Counted from the first letter of the stretch, positions 48,817-59,220 are shown. The stretch is 64,000 nt of DNA from a bacterium (GCA_021796335.1 JAJYHZ010000001.1:144360-208359); one strand, 5' to 3'. The notes: generated by a model not told the origin, from the sequence alone. Made by a program: numbers and translations.

Positions 48817-49194
48817 GTGAAATCTATTGGAAGACACCATCAAACAGAAGCTGTAGGACAGAAAGACATAAATGGCTTTTTCATGGTTCGTTGCCTGGAT
48901 TGTGGTACTTATGCTCATGCAATTGATATATCAACGGCGGAAATTCACCTGGCCATGACTGCATGTGCGCCCAATTGTACAAATTGCAATAGTCTGCGCC
49001 ATAGCTATGACCGTAAACCAGCTGTTCCTGAAGGAGGAAACTGCAATGATATTCTGCACGAGTGTCCTCATGATGGAAATAGATGGTGGCAGAGTAATGA
49101 TCACTTCCATCTTTGGCAGCAGGTTACTGATCTAAGAGAATGGGAGGGGTTACTCCGAGAGTACGGTAAAAAATATCCTGATCTGGTCGATTGA
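48817..49194 (+). CDS. Cys/His-rich hypothetical protein
   Basis: GAGGTG SD; CLDC, CxxxCxxC, HECPH. Confidence 0.6.
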   Translation: MKSIGRHHQTEAVGQKDINGFFMVRCLDCGTYAHAIDISTAEIHLAMTACAPNCTNCNSLRHSYDRKPAVPEGGNCNDILHECPHDGNRWWQSNDHFHLWQQVTDLREWEGLLREYGKKYPDLVD

Positions 49195-49336
49195 TATAAT
49201 TTAATCTGATATGGATTATAAGAGGGAACAATCCTTTAAGTTGTAGTTCCCTCCCTTTCCGAACTCATTTGCAAAGGCGATTTCAGAAAGGGATTTTATC
49301 CCAAGTAGAACATAAAAAACTGAAAATGAGGTATAG

Positions 49337-49597
49337 ATGAATACAAAAGTTCATCAAGTATTAGGGAAAGACAGAATAAATTCCATCTGCGATAGTTTCT
49401 TGCTGACAGAAGAAGATAAAAAGATGGTGGATGTAATTCTGGAAAATTGGGAAAACCTTATTGGTAATCCCATAAAGAAGATGGCCATTGCAATGGAAAT
49501 AACAAAGGACGTCGGTGTCTCTACGACCAAAAAGATCATTTTTGCCATAACAGAAATATCGTTTCAATTCTTGGAAATGCAGATAAAAAATAAATAG
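49337..49597 (+). CDS. Small hypothetical protein
   Basis: GAGGT SD, 86 aa. Confidence 0.55.
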   Translation: MNTKVHQVLGKDRINSICDSFLLTEEDKKMVDVILENWENLIGNPIKKMAIAMEITKDVGVSTTKKIIFAITEISFQFLEMQIKNK

Positions 49598-49932
49598 GAC
49601 CGAAGGAGGTGAATTAAATAGCAATGATTATTCCATGTTTTATAACTCAGGAATATTTTGACTTATGCGTTATGGATTATGAGCTTTAAAAAAACTGGAA
49701 TCCTAAAATCGGAGATTGGTATTTCTGTTATGATCTGATGAAAATAATGCAGATTACCAATCTGAATAACTATTACTCTGGCTGCCTTCTGATCATGACA
49801 AGGATTCCAATGGCCATTGGACTTGTGATATTTATATCCCCGTCACTGCCTGAATTATTCGAATAAAACTATGGGCACCTACCTGCGAGCAAGGGCCTTT
49901 TTCTTTTTGTCCCTACTTTACGACTCCGACTC

Positions 49933-49960
49933 TTGACAAATAATTTCATATATGTATAAT
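49933..49960 (+). promoter_or_regulatory. Consensus sigma70 promoter
   Basis: TTGACA-16 nt-TATAAT. Confidence 0.65.
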
Positions 49961-50039
49961 TATCATATAAATATTGTTCTTTTATTCCCTGCGGTTTTTT
50001 ACCGCAGAAAGGAGGACCCAATAATTATGAGGGTTTGAC

Positions 50040-50071
50040 GCCTCCCTAGACAACTAGCGGAGGCTTTTTTT
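50040..50071 (+). terminator. Intrinsic terminator
   Basis: GCCTCC...GGAGGC followed by T7. Confidence 0.7.
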
Positions 50072-50189
50072 ATTATCGACGAATTAAATTATCTTAATAA
50101 TGGAGAAAAAATGATGATTTTATTTGGATTGATATTATAAAATATTATGGTAATCTATAAATAAAAAGTGATTAAGTAATTTAAATAAT

Positions 50190-50669
50190 ATGCACGAAAA
50201 AGATATATTTGCCGCCAATCCAGACAAAGCACATTCCAGAATAGATATCAATGCTTTTATAATGGAAAGCTTATTTTTTATTTTAACTTTAATATGGACA
50301 TTAAATCCGAATAAATTCAATATATACATAATTACGCAAATAGTAATAGGTATTCCATTTGTATATGTGTCAAGTCTCGCTTATTCTAAAATCGGCTATT
50401 GGAAAGAAACAAAATTATGGGATATGCTTGGCTGGTTCACGCATAATACCAGTAATATTTTTATTTTAAATGTTGTCGGATTGATGACGAGCAGTTTTAA
50501 TAAAAATTTATCTTTTTTGTATTTTGGGGTAGTAATAATTTTAATGGCAATTTATTCCAGTATAAACTTGGTTTATAAACCGAAATCCTTAAAAGAAAAA
50601 TCATTTAAATTTCTTTACTTTATTTTAATTTTATTTCTTGGAGGAATTCTGCCTGTAATTTTATTATAA
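50190..50669 (+). CDS. Hypothetical membrane protein
   Basis: About 5 TM segments. Confidence 0.65.
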   Translation: MHEKDIFAANPDKAHSRIDINAFIMESLFFILTLIWTLNPNKFNIYIITQIVIGIPFVYVSSLAYSKIGYWKETKLWDMLGWFTHNTSNIFILNVVGLMTSSFNKNLSFLYFGVVIILMAIYSSINLVYKPKSLKEKSFKFLYFILILFLGGILPVILL

Positions 50670-50924
50670 AATTTATTATATTATAGCTAGAATAATAATT
50701 AAAAAATTTGAAATAAAATAATAGAGAGGGCTGCTAAATTTTTATAACAGGGCGGACCAAATCCGCCCTTTTCTTTTTGCAATAATATAATTTATAATAA
50801 GTCAGGTCTTGATTAAATTTTATAAAGAAAGGGGTATGGTCATGCTTACAGTTGATTTGTCCATAAACCAGTTTAAAAAGGGAAAAAAATAAGGGAGGAA
50901 TATGAATCTCCCAAGGTCGTATAT

Positions 50925-51191
50925 GTGGCTACTGTAAAAATATCTAAAAAAGTCAGAATGCCTGTTAAGGCAATTCTGACTGATAGAAAGAAAAATGAAT
51001 TACCTGTAGACATATACTATGACGTCAAAAGAAATACGGCATATTGCGTCATAACGCACGCCAGAAAGGATATTGTATTCACGCTAAAAACCAATCCTGC
51101 ACTTGACGAACTATCAAGTGCTCAGGGACGAAATGATAAAACCGGCGAATGGATGAATTGGTCTGCCTACCTTATGGTTATTGGCAGGTAA
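50925..51191 (+). CDS. Hypothetical protein
   Basis: 88-aa ORF followed by a hairpin at ~51213-51236. Confidence 0.5.
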   Translation: MATVKISKKVRMPVKAILTDRKKNELPVDIYYDVKRNTAYCVITHARKDIVFTLKTNPALDELSSAQGRNDKTGEWMNWSAYLMVIGR

Positions 51192-51266
51192 GACCAGTTT
51201 TATAAATATTAGGAGGCCCACAATTTCTTGGGCCTCATTCTTTATAAGGGATAAGGGGAGAAATAT

Positions 51267-51665
51267 ATGGAAGATTATGAAAAAGATTTAAATGATCTTG
51301 ACCCTTGGAAAAATTTCCATAGAGAATATTCGGTAAAGATAAATGGAAAGAAATTTAAAATAAAAAGTTACGGATTCTGCGTGTGGAATAAGGTAATTTT
51401 CCTTTGGGACGACGGAAAAGAATTTTATCGTTTATCCCGCAACCTTAAATCTCCGAGAGACGATAAAGGTATCTCCAGACGCGAATATTCCAATAATAAG
51501 TTGATAAGGATATATAAAGGCCCGCAAAACTGCTTTATAGAATTAATCGAATTTATACTGAAAGGAGGCGATTTAAATACAGCCAAAAAATTGCTTAAAT
51601 TCTGCAAAAAGACCTTCGACAATTACCTGCGGCTTTTTAAATCAGCCTTTGAGTCAGAAATATAA
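51267..51665 (+). CDS. Hypothetical protein
   Basis: GGGGAG SD; terminator at ~51691-51720. Confidence 0.6.
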   Translation: MEDYEKDLNDLDPWKNFHREYSVKINGKKFKIKSYGFCVWNKVIFLWDDGKEFYRLSRNLKSPRDDKGISRREYSNNKLIRIYKGPQNCFIELIEFILKGGDLNTAKKLLKFCKKTFDNYLRLFKSAFESEI

Positions 51666-51852
51666 TAACTTGTCGCCCCTCAAAATATCAACCTGCCTAA
51701 TAAGGCGGGTTTTCTTTTTTACCGGCCGGCCTCATAATTTCAAGGGTTTATTTTAAATAATTCTATTTAAAAACAAAATAAAAATATTAAAAAAAATTTC
51801 TCATATTTAATCACATTTAACATTAATTTCTAAATAAGCTATAATTCATATT

Positions 51853-52188
51853 ATGAACATAATCACATTAATCGTATATCCTGCTAAAGAATTGGAAAGC
51901 ACAAAACAAATATTCAGCAATTTTTTGGGAGTGGAACCATATGTAGACGGACCTTATTATGTGGGATACAAAGTGGGCGATATGGAAGTTGGGCTTGATC
52001 CTAATGCCCAAAATGCCGGTCCTATAATTTATATTGATGTCACCGATATTAAAGCTTCATTGCAAGAAATGATAGCCGCGGGCGCAACTCTGCAACAAGA
52101 TATTAGAGATGTGGCTCAGGGATTATTAATCGCAAGCGTTAAAGATAAAAATGGAAATATCCTGGGCTTTAGGCAGTTCCCCAAATAA
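51853..52188 (+). CDS. Glyoxalase/VOC family protein
   Basis: YIDVTDI...AAGA...DKNGNILG pattern. Confidence 0.85.
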   Translation: MNIITLIVYPAKELESTKQIFSNFLGVEPYVDGPYYVGYKVGDMEVGLDPNAQNAGPIIYIDVTDIKASLQEMIAAGATLQQDIRDVAQGLLIASVKDKNGNILGFRQFPK

Positions 52189-52287
52189 AATTACGCCTTA
52201 TTTTTACCACCACCGCATAACATTTTTCATATTTTGATATAATTAAAATCATAAAGGTCAATTAATATCTTTATCCCCGTTAAAAAT

Positions 52288-52443
52288 ATGGTAAGAGGAA
52301 ACTTCATCGGTGCGGCAATTATCACAATAATTTATACGATCTATATTCTGGTACATCCGCTTGCGACAAAGACACAAACAGTATTAATATTGGTCGTGCT
52401 TAACGCTTTAACCATTATATTAATGGCTTTTGCATTCAAATAA
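52288..52443 (+). CDS. Small 2-TM peptide (not in ORF track)
   Basis: MVRGNFIGAAIITIIYTIYILVHPLATKTQTVLILVVLNALTIILMAFAFK. Confidence 0.4.
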   Translation: MVRGNFIGAAIITIIYTIYILVHPLATKTQTVLILVVLNALTIILMAFAFK

Positions 52444-52602
52444 GTATTATTTGAACAGGCGGTGGTCTTTTTTATGCCATTGATGGTTTTATGAAAAATT
52501 TTGAAATTTAAAAAGGTGTTGACCGTGCCGAGCTAGAACGGTCTTTTATTTTTGGGAAAAACGAAAATTGTTAATTTCTTACAGTTTGATTATACTTTGA
52601 TT

Positions 52603-52872
52603 ATGAAAAATAAATGGGTTGTTTTCGGAGTCTTAATCGCGATAATCGTTATAGTCGCCCTTGGAATAAACCAAATTTTAATTTTGCGAAACGCCCATAG
52701 CACATTCGATAATTACTATGCTTTCAGAGGTTGTACCCGACTAATCAGCCAAACCGATAACTATGGAACATGCGAGCTTGCTTCCGGTAAAATCATCAAA
52801 ATCGTAAAATTCCGGGATAAATGGTATTTAGAGGGAGATTTGCCAAGTTGCTGGTCTAATTTCTGTTTCTAA
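52603..52872 (+). CDS. Small exported Cys-containing protein
   Basis: N-terminal TM/signal; ATG at 52603. Confidence 0.6.
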   Translation: MKNKWVVFGVLIAIIVIVALGINQILILRNAHSTFDNYYAFRGCTRLISQTDNYGTCELASGKIIKIVKFRDKWYLEGDLPSCWSNFCF

Positions 52873-52949
52873 CTGTCGAACCGTATCACCTAATACAGAA
52901 GAAAAAGCGCTTCGAATTATTAAAATTTAGAATTCGTAAAATTTATCAG

Positions 52950-53420
52950 ATGATAAATCAATTAATCATTTTTAGTGCCAAATATCTTTATTTATTGGTT
53001 ATTGCCATAACTGTTTTATTTTTTATAAAACAACCTCGTGATATCCAAAAACAACTTCTTATTTTTGGAATTATAACTTTGCCTGCCGCATATATCATCG
53101 CCAAACTGGCAGGATTTTTATATTATGATCCAAGGCCGTTTATACAAGGAGGGTTTACGCCTCTCATACCGCATGCGGCAGACAATGGGTTTCCTTCGGA
53201 TCACGCCTTATTAAGCGCTGCAATTTCAACTGCGATTTCTCCTTTCAACAAAAAAATCTCCGTCATTCTTTGGATATTAACCGCAATAATAGGCTTATCA
53301 AGAGTTCTCGCCGGAATTCATCATCTTATCGACATTTTTGGAAGCATCATAATTTCAGTAATTGCGGGATATCTTGCCTATCAAATTATAGAGAAGAAAA
53401 AAACTGTCGAGGTGAAATAA
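52950..53420 (+). CDS. PAP2-family phosphatase (undecaprenyl-PP phosphatase-like)
   Basis: PRP, FPSDH, SRVLAGIH motifs. Confidence 0.88.
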   Translation: MINQLIIFSAKYLYLLVIAITVLFFIKQPRDIQKQLLIFGIITLPAAYIIAKLAGFLYYDPRPFIQGGFTPLIPHAADNGFPSDHALLSAAISTAISPFNKKISVILWILTAIIGLSRVLAGIHHLIDIFGSIIISVIAGYLAYQIIEKKKTVEVK

Positions 53421-53481
53421 GGCTTAGGAATAATATAGAATTTGTCTTTTTCTTTTTATAATGTATACTGTAGGGGAGTAT

Positions 53482-53745
53482 ATGAAAAAACCGGCGAAAA
53501 ATAATACAGATTCGCAAATAATCAGAAAATTATCCCGAATAGAAGGGCAGTTGGAAGGTGTCCGCAGGATGATTATAAACAATCGGGAATGTATTGAGAT
53601 TATCCAACAGATCATGGCGATTCGCGAGGCTCTCGGAGCTGTCGGTATCGAATTATTAAAAGAAGATTTTATATGTAAACGGAAAAATAAAACAGAAATT
53701 GATTCAAAATACTTGAAAACGCTCTTCAAGATGAACAAATATTAA
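53482..53745 (+). CDS. CsoR/RcnR-family repressor
   Basis: LSRIEGQLEGVRRMI...CIEIIQQI.A. Confidence 0.88.
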   Translation: MKKPAKNNTDSQIIRKLSRIEGQLEGVRRMIINNRECIEIIQQIMAIREALGAVGIELLKEDFICKRKNKTEIDSKYLKTLFKMNKY

Positions 53746-53766
53746 AATCAAATAATTTAAAACAAT

Positions 53767-54096
53767 ATGAGTAAAGTCATAACTTTAACTGATAAAAATT
53801 TTAAAAAGGAAGTTTTGGAATCGGAAGTTCCCGTTTTAGTCGATTTTTGGGCGCCGTGGTGCACTCCCTGCCTTATGATGGCTCCAGTTTTGGAAGAAAT
53901 TTCCGAAGAATTGAACGGAAAATTAAAAGTTGCCAAACTGGATGTTGAAAATCCGGCTCATGAACAATTAGCCATGATGTATCACATTCACAGCATCCCG
54001 AATATGAAGCTTTTTAAGGCGGGACAAATCACTCAGGAATTTATAGGATTCAGACCAAAAAAAATGTTCCAGGAAGAATTGCTTAAAAATCTATAA
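53767..54096 (+). CDS. trxA: Thioredoxin
   Basis: VDFWAPWCTPC, SIP. Confidence 0.93.
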   Translation: MSKVITLTDKNFKKEVLESEVPVLVDFWAPWCTPCLMMAPVLEEISEELNGKLKVAKLDVENPAHEQLAMMYHIHSIPNMKLFKAGQITQEFIGFRPKKMFQEELLKNL

Positions 54097-54097
54097 A

Positions 54098-55036
54098 ATG
54101 GCGGAAAATAAAATCTACAATCTAGCTATTATTGGCATAGGCGCTGCAGGATCTGCTGCGTCAATTTATGCTTCGCGTTATGGCATCAATCATATTATTA
54201 TCGGAAACATTTTAGCCGGACAGATCCCCGAAGCACATAAAATTGATAATTATCCAGGCGTCGAAGATATAACCGGAATTGAACTTGCCAAAAAAATGGC
54301 GGCTCATGCGCAAAAATACGGAGCTGTTCCAATCTCCGAAACGGTAAAAGACATTTTTAAGGCAGAACAGGGCTTTGAAATTGAGCTTCAATCGGGAAAT
54401 AAATTACTCGCCCGCGCCGTTCTTTTGGCAACGGGAACACGAAGGAAAAAATTGGAAATACCGGGTGAAGCGGAATTTTTGGGAAAAGGAATTTCTTATT
54501 GCGCGACTTGCGACGGATTTTTCTATAAAAATAAAGTCGTTGCCGTTATCGGCGGAGGAGACAGCGCGGCTAGCGCCTCTTTATATTTGTCGAATATAGC
54601 CTCAAAAGTTTATTTGATTTACCGCGGCGAAAACTTAAGGGCCGAACCTTATTGGCAGGAATCAATAAAAAAAAGCGGGAATATTGAGGTTATATATAAA
54701 ACCAATGTCATTGAATTCAAAGGAAATGAAATAGTTAAAAATCTGGTTTTGGATAATGCCCACAAAAACAATTCCGAATTGAAAATCGACGGCGTTTTTG
54801 TCGAAATCGGATCAAATCCAAATATCGGCTACGCAAAAAACCTGAGAATTGCCATTGATTCAAGCGGCCATATCGAAGTTCAGCCGGATGGCTCCACTTC
54901 TATCGAAGGTGTCTGGGCGGCAGGGGACATAACAACCGGATCCGATAAATTCAGGCAAATTATTACTGCCGCAGCGGAAGGTGCTATTGCAGCCAGAAGC
55001 ATTTTTAATTACTTAAAAGTGAAAAATTTTCTTTAA
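54098..55036 (+). CDS. trxB: Thioredoxin reductase
   Basis: YCATCDG, GGGDSA, AAGD. Confidence 0.92.
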   Translation: MAENKIYNLAIIGIGAAGSAASIYASRYGINHIIIGNILAGQIPEAHKIDNYPGVEDITGIELAKKMAAHAQKYGAVPISETVKDIFKAEQGFEIELQSGNKLLARAVLLATGTRRKKLEIPGEAEFLGKGISYCATCDGFFYKNKVVAVIGGGDSAASASLYLSNIASKVYLIYRGENLRAEPYWQESIKKSGNIEVIYKTNVIEFKGNEIVKNLVLDNAHKNNSELKIDGVFVEIGSNPNIGYAKNLRIAIDSSGHIEVQPDGSTSIEGVWAAGDITTGSDKFRQIITAAAEGAIAARSIFNYLKVKNFL

Positions 55037-55343
55037 TATTTCGCGGATATGCCCAGTTTTTTAAAAAAACCGCGATGCCATGCGGTATTTTTTAAAAGCA
55101 TAAAGCCTAGACATATCCATACCCAAAATAACCTGAGCGTAATCCAATAAACCGAATGATTTATGACGGGCAGTTTAGTGCGATTTTCACGCTCTAAATA
55201 CTCAAAATAGCCGAAGTTCAAGCATAAGCTCGAGAAGCGCTTCACTTAAATATTGAAATTTGGTATAATTTAATTAATATAAGTCTCTTTAAATAATTAT
55301 CTTCGCCGATCGTAAACGGCATACTTAATAAATTTTAACCAGA

Positions 55344-56282
55344 ATGAAGCATGTAAAAATTGCAGCTTTAATTTTGATAATCGCCATCATCTTGGGCGGA
55401 GTTTATATTTTTAAAAAAAATAACCTGCAGACAAATTTATCCGTAAATAACCGCGGCATTGATGCGCCGACTTCAAACAATAACGATAATAATCCGCAAA
55501 ACCAGGTTATCAAGCCGAATACAAACAATCAGAAAAATGCATCGTCTCAAATTTTAAAAAATTATAATTCGGCGGAAAATGGATTAAAAACGCAAAATGC
55601 CGATATGCCGTTAAATAACAATATTCAAATTAATAACGAATCTAATTTGAATGATCCTAATTTTTCGAATAATCAAAATACAACGACAAACGACACCGTT
55701 GAAATTCCGAAAAAACAAATTTTTGCCAATTTAGTGCAGCATTTGAACAAAAATATAATTGATTCAAATCAGGATTTCACTTCCGCCAATTCCGTTCTAA
55801 GCGCAAATACCTCTACGGAATCAAAATCTATTACTAACCTTATTCCGAACAGCTTATTTGCAACAACAACAAGTAATAATCCCGCCAATTGGGAAAAAGG
55901 AAACTGGGGAATAAATAGCGCAACTTTTACTTTGGCAATCGGACCAAATGATGAAAATGCGCTCGAAGTCGAACTGACCTCTTACACATCTGGCGCTGCC
56001 AGATGGTATTTTTCGCCGGATATTATGGTCAAACCCGGAACCGCATATACTTTTTCCGATGTTTATATTTCAAATATTCCCACAACCGTTGAAGCAAGAT
56101 ATAAAATGATTGACGGCAGTTTTGAATATTACGTAATCGGCTATTTTAATTCCGCGTCGTCGTGGAGCACTAGTACGGTTGAATTTACCATTCCGCAAAA
56201 TGTCCAATCGATAACAATGCTTCCCACGATTGCCAAAATCGGCTGGCTGACAATGAGCAATCCCAAGCTCTATAAAAATTAA
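55344..56282 (+). CDS. Exported Asn-rich protein with C-terminal CBM-like beta domain
   Basis: N-terminal TM, low-complexity linker, NLIPN...W...VKPG..Y pattern. Confidence 0.6.
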   Translation: MKHVKIAALILIIAIILGGVYIFKKNNLQTNLSVNNRGIDAPTSNNNDNNPQNQVIKPNTNNQKNASSQILKNYNSAENGLKTQNADMPLNNNIQINNESNLNDPNFSNNQNTTTNDTVEIPKKQIFANLVQHLNKNIIDSNQDFTSANSVLSANTSTESKSITNLIPNSLFATTTSNNPANWEKGNWGINSATFTLAIGPNDENALEVELTSYTSGAARWYFSPDIMVKPGTAYTFSDVYISNIPTTVEARYKMIDGSFEYYVIGYFNSASSWSTSTVEFTIPQNVQSITMLPTIAKIGWLTMSNPKLYKN

Positions 56283-56433
56283 TACATTACTGCTTTCACA
56301 TAAACCTTTTCACAAGAACAAATCTGATTATAAGCCTATTTTTAATAGGTTCTTTAATAATCTTCCGTTTTGAATTTTATGAAAATATTTCCGCGAACAA
56401 AAGAATATTTAAGAATATTCTATCTGCTATTAA

Positions 56434-56931
56434 GTTTGGCAGCCATTTAGCGGAACGATTCTTTTTATTTCTGTTATAGCGGCTGGACACGATTTCCTTC
56501 GTTTTTCGGAAGTGATTTTAGCGGTCTCCGCCGCATTTTTTATCGCATATTTTTTAAATTACTTGGTCGGACGGTATGGGTTTTACGGATTTCTATCGAA
56601 ATTGGGATTTAAAAAGCTGATTTCGTCGGCGAAACGTAATTTAATGAAAAATATTTTCACGACGATTCTTTTCAGTTATTGGGATCCAAACGTGGCTTCG
56701 ATAACGGCAACCGCCGCCGGAATTCTGCATATTCAATTAAGAAAATTTTTATTTTATTCTGCACTCGGAATAATCGTATGGAACGCGATATGGGGAATTG
56801 TATTTTTTTTTCTCGGAAATTTCGCCTTAAACTTTCTCGATATAAAGTATGGAGCAATTATTTTCGCGATTTGGATTGCATTTCTTTTCATTAGAAATAT
56901 TTATGATAAACGAAAAATAGGCCGAACATGA
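56434..56931 (+). pseudogene. DedA/VTT-like membrane protein, apparently 5'-truncated
   Basis: NYLVGRYG, AAG.L....KF motifs; frame open from 56434 after a TAA with no ATG near the 5' end. Confidence 0.5.
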
Positions 56932-57530
56932 GCAAGAAATTTATCAAAGCCTCCTTTTATTTATTCGTTTTTGCGGGAATTTTTTTATTGATTGCAAAAA
57001 AGCAATGGTTCCCCGAATTTTATACACCGTGGTATATGGGGATCGCGTCTTTCCTGTCCGCTTTTATGATTTTACTGCCATCCTTTTTATTCCCGGCTGC
57101 CGATGCCGAAAAGAAAACCGCCGTAGGGAAGATACAAATTACTGTTGCAATTTCTTTAATCTTAAATGCCGGCGGGGCATTAGGCCTTTTTGAAATGTAC
57201 AAATCGGGAATCCAGTACGACAAAATCCTTCATTTTATCATCCCTTTTTTATTTACTGTCAATTCAACTTCATTTTTCAGCATTTATTACGATAAACCGT
57301 TTAAGAAAGCGCTTTTAATTTCTATAATCCTTGTAGTCATCGGCAATTTTAGCTGGAAATTATATGAATTTTTATCCGATACTATTTTCAAAACGCAATC
57401 GCTTACAAACGACAGTTCGAATGAAATTCTGGATATCGCCTGGGATTTAATCCTCGGATTTTTGGGAATTTTTATAGCTTGTCTTTATTTGGTTTACGAT
57501 GAAAAAGCGAAACGAAAAAATCCCCAATAA
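56928..57530 (+). CDS. Membrane protein (DK..H motif, VanZ-like)
   Basis: Multiple TM segments, YDKILHF, EF..D. Confidence 0.6.
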   Translation: MSKKFIKASFYLFVFAGIFLLIAKKQWFPEFYTPWYMGIASFLSAFMILLPSFLFPAADAEKKTAVGKIQITVAISLILNAGGALGLFEMYKSGIQYDKILHFIIPFLFTVNSTSFFSIYYDKPFKKALLISIILVVIGNFSWKLYEFLSDTIFKTQSLTNDSSNEILDIAWDLILGFLGIFIACLYLVYDEKAKRKNPQ

Positions 57531-57682
57531 TCCCGCCCTTAATAAAATTCGCAAAAAATGCTATAATTAATTAAATACTATCCATCCTATATTTATCCTT
57601 CCATTATTCTTCTGATTTAAAACACGGAACACAGCCGTCGCTTCCGATAGCTTCAGTTGATAATAAAAATAATTTCTCCTAT

Positions 57683-57778
57683 ATGGCTATCAATTTAAAC
57701 AAAATAAAAGCCGAAGAACTTGAAAAATTGCCGGGCATCGGCAGCGACCTTGCGCAAAAAATTATAGAAACCAGTTAA
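57683..57778 (+). pseudogene. ComEA-like helix-hairpin-helix fragment
   Basis: MAINLNKIKAEELEKLPGIGSDLAQKIIETS* (single HhH, stops early). Confidence 0.6.
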
Positions 57779-57873
57779 AGATTTCGGCGTAAATATAGAC
57801 AATGGAGAAACTCAACTGGAATAAATTTTAAAAAAAGCTTTTTAAAAAAGGTCGAAAAAAAATCTTTAAAATT

Positions 57874-58260
57874 ATGAACTACTCAAAGATTGGAATTTTT
57901 GCCGTTTTTTTTATAGCGCTTGCAATTCTGGCTTTTACTGAGTTTTCGCCGACGTCTGCTCAGACTTTCTTAGCCTGCAGTCCCGCCGTGGCCACCGCGA
58001 CAGTTGGACAATCATTTATGTTTAGCGCAACGGGCGGAACTGGTTCGTACACATGGTCGGCTCCGGATCTTACGCTTGTTAACCCGACCGGATCCGGATT
58101 TACCGTTAATTACGCCACCCCCGGAGTAAAAACAATTACCGTTACAAGCGGCACTTCTACTGCAAATTGCATTCTGAACGTTTTAGCGGCTGCAACAACA
58201 ACCACTACGACAATAGGATTACCAGGCACCGGCGGAGGGGGCGCAGCACTCTTTCAATAA
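57874..58260 (+). CDS. Secreted Ig/PKD-like protein with C-terminal LPGTG
   Basis: Signal peptide, GGTGSYTWS, poly-Thr linker, LPGTG. Confidence 0.75.
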   Translation: MNYSKIGIFAVFFIALAILAFTEFSPTSAQTFLACSPAVATATVGQSFMFSATGGTGSYTWSAPDLTLVNPTGSGFTVNYATPGVKTITVTSGTSTANCILNVLAAATTTTTTIGLPGTGGGGAALFQ

Positions 58261-58263
58261 CAA

Positions 58264-58908
58264 ATGAAAAACAGGTTCAAAAAAATTGCTTGGATAGTAT
58301 TTGCTGTCTTGCTTTTTGGCTTAATGGCTTTTTTTTCTTTCCAATCAAAAACGCCAAAAAACTTGCCGGTTCAAATCGGCAGCGACACCGCCGAAGGCTC
58401 TTCCGCAACCTCAACCGTGCCTTGGCGGTCGAAAACGGATATTCCGGAATTTCAAAACTTGCCTAGTAATTGGCCGCAAAGATTAATCATCCCGTCGATT
58501 AAAATCGATACCACCTTTCAGTATGTCGGACTGACCGGAAATAATAATATCGGAACACCGACGAACTATTATCAAGTGGCATGGTTTAAATTGAGTTCCG
58601 TTCCCGGAGAACCCGGAACCGCCGTCATCTCCGGCCACCTGGACACAATAAATTCGCCATACGGAATATTTTACAATCTAGATAAATTGAGTTTGGGAGA
58701 TGAAATTGAAATCGAAAATAAACAGTCCCAACTTTTCCATTTTATAGTAAGTGACATAAAAACCATTGATTATACGAGTTCATCCGAACAACTGATGCAG
58801 CCATCCGACCAAAGCCGCATAGTTTTGGTAACGTGTGCGGGTAATTGGATAAAAAGCCAAAAAGTTTACGACAAACGCTTGGTTGTATTCGCTCAACTGG
58901 CTCAATAA
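58264..58908 (+). CDS. Class F sortase
   Basis: ISGHLD, LVTC, RLVVFA. Confidence 0.9.
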   Translation: MKNRFKKIAWIVFAVLLFGLMAFFSFQSKTPKNLPVQIGSDTAEGSSATSTVPWRSKTDIPEFQNLPSNWPQRLIIPSIKIDTTFQYVGLTGNNNIGTPTNYYQVAWFKLSSVPGEPGTAVISGHLDTINSPYGIFYNLDKLSLGDEIEIENKQSQLFHFIVSDIKTIDYTSSSEQLMQPSDQSRIVLVTCAGNWIKSQKVYDKRLVVFAQLAQ

Positions 58909-58944
58909 TGCTAATGTCGACAAGCAATCATAAAAATAATTTCC

Positions 58945-59139
58945 ATGAAAACAATTGCGGATAAAGACCTCGGAATGGATTGTAATTTCATCGCAAGAGG
59001 GGAAACCGAAAACGAGGCGATAGATAAATTAAAAGAACATATGGAAACGGCTCATTCCGAAGAAATGGAAAAAATAACATCCGGCAAATCGGAGGATCAG
59101 ATAAAAAAGGAATTCAGAAAGTACGTCAAAGAAGAATAA
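58945..59139 (+). CDS. Small DUF1059-like metal-binding protein
   Basis: DLGMDCNF...H....H. Confidence 0.7.
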   Translation: MKTIADKDLGMDCNFIARGETENEAIDKLKEHMETAHSEEMEKITSGKSEDQIKKEFRKYVKEE

Positions 59140-59148
59140 ACTTCCAAT

Positions 59149-59175
59149 AAAACACGCAATGCTATTGCGTGTTTT
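59149..59175 (+). terminator. Intrinsic terminator
   Basis: AAAACACGCAAT-GCT-ATTGCGTGTTTT. Confidence 0.75.
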
Positions 59176-59220
59176 ATTTTGCTTTAAATATTCAAATAGG
59201 TTAAAATTTTAACCAATAAT

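Noticed and set aside
49905-49928. CCTACTTT and TACGACTCCG matches to element B's end and to 44696-44705
   Set aside because: Only 8-10 bp, without core or T-loop motif in the expected position; likely chance.
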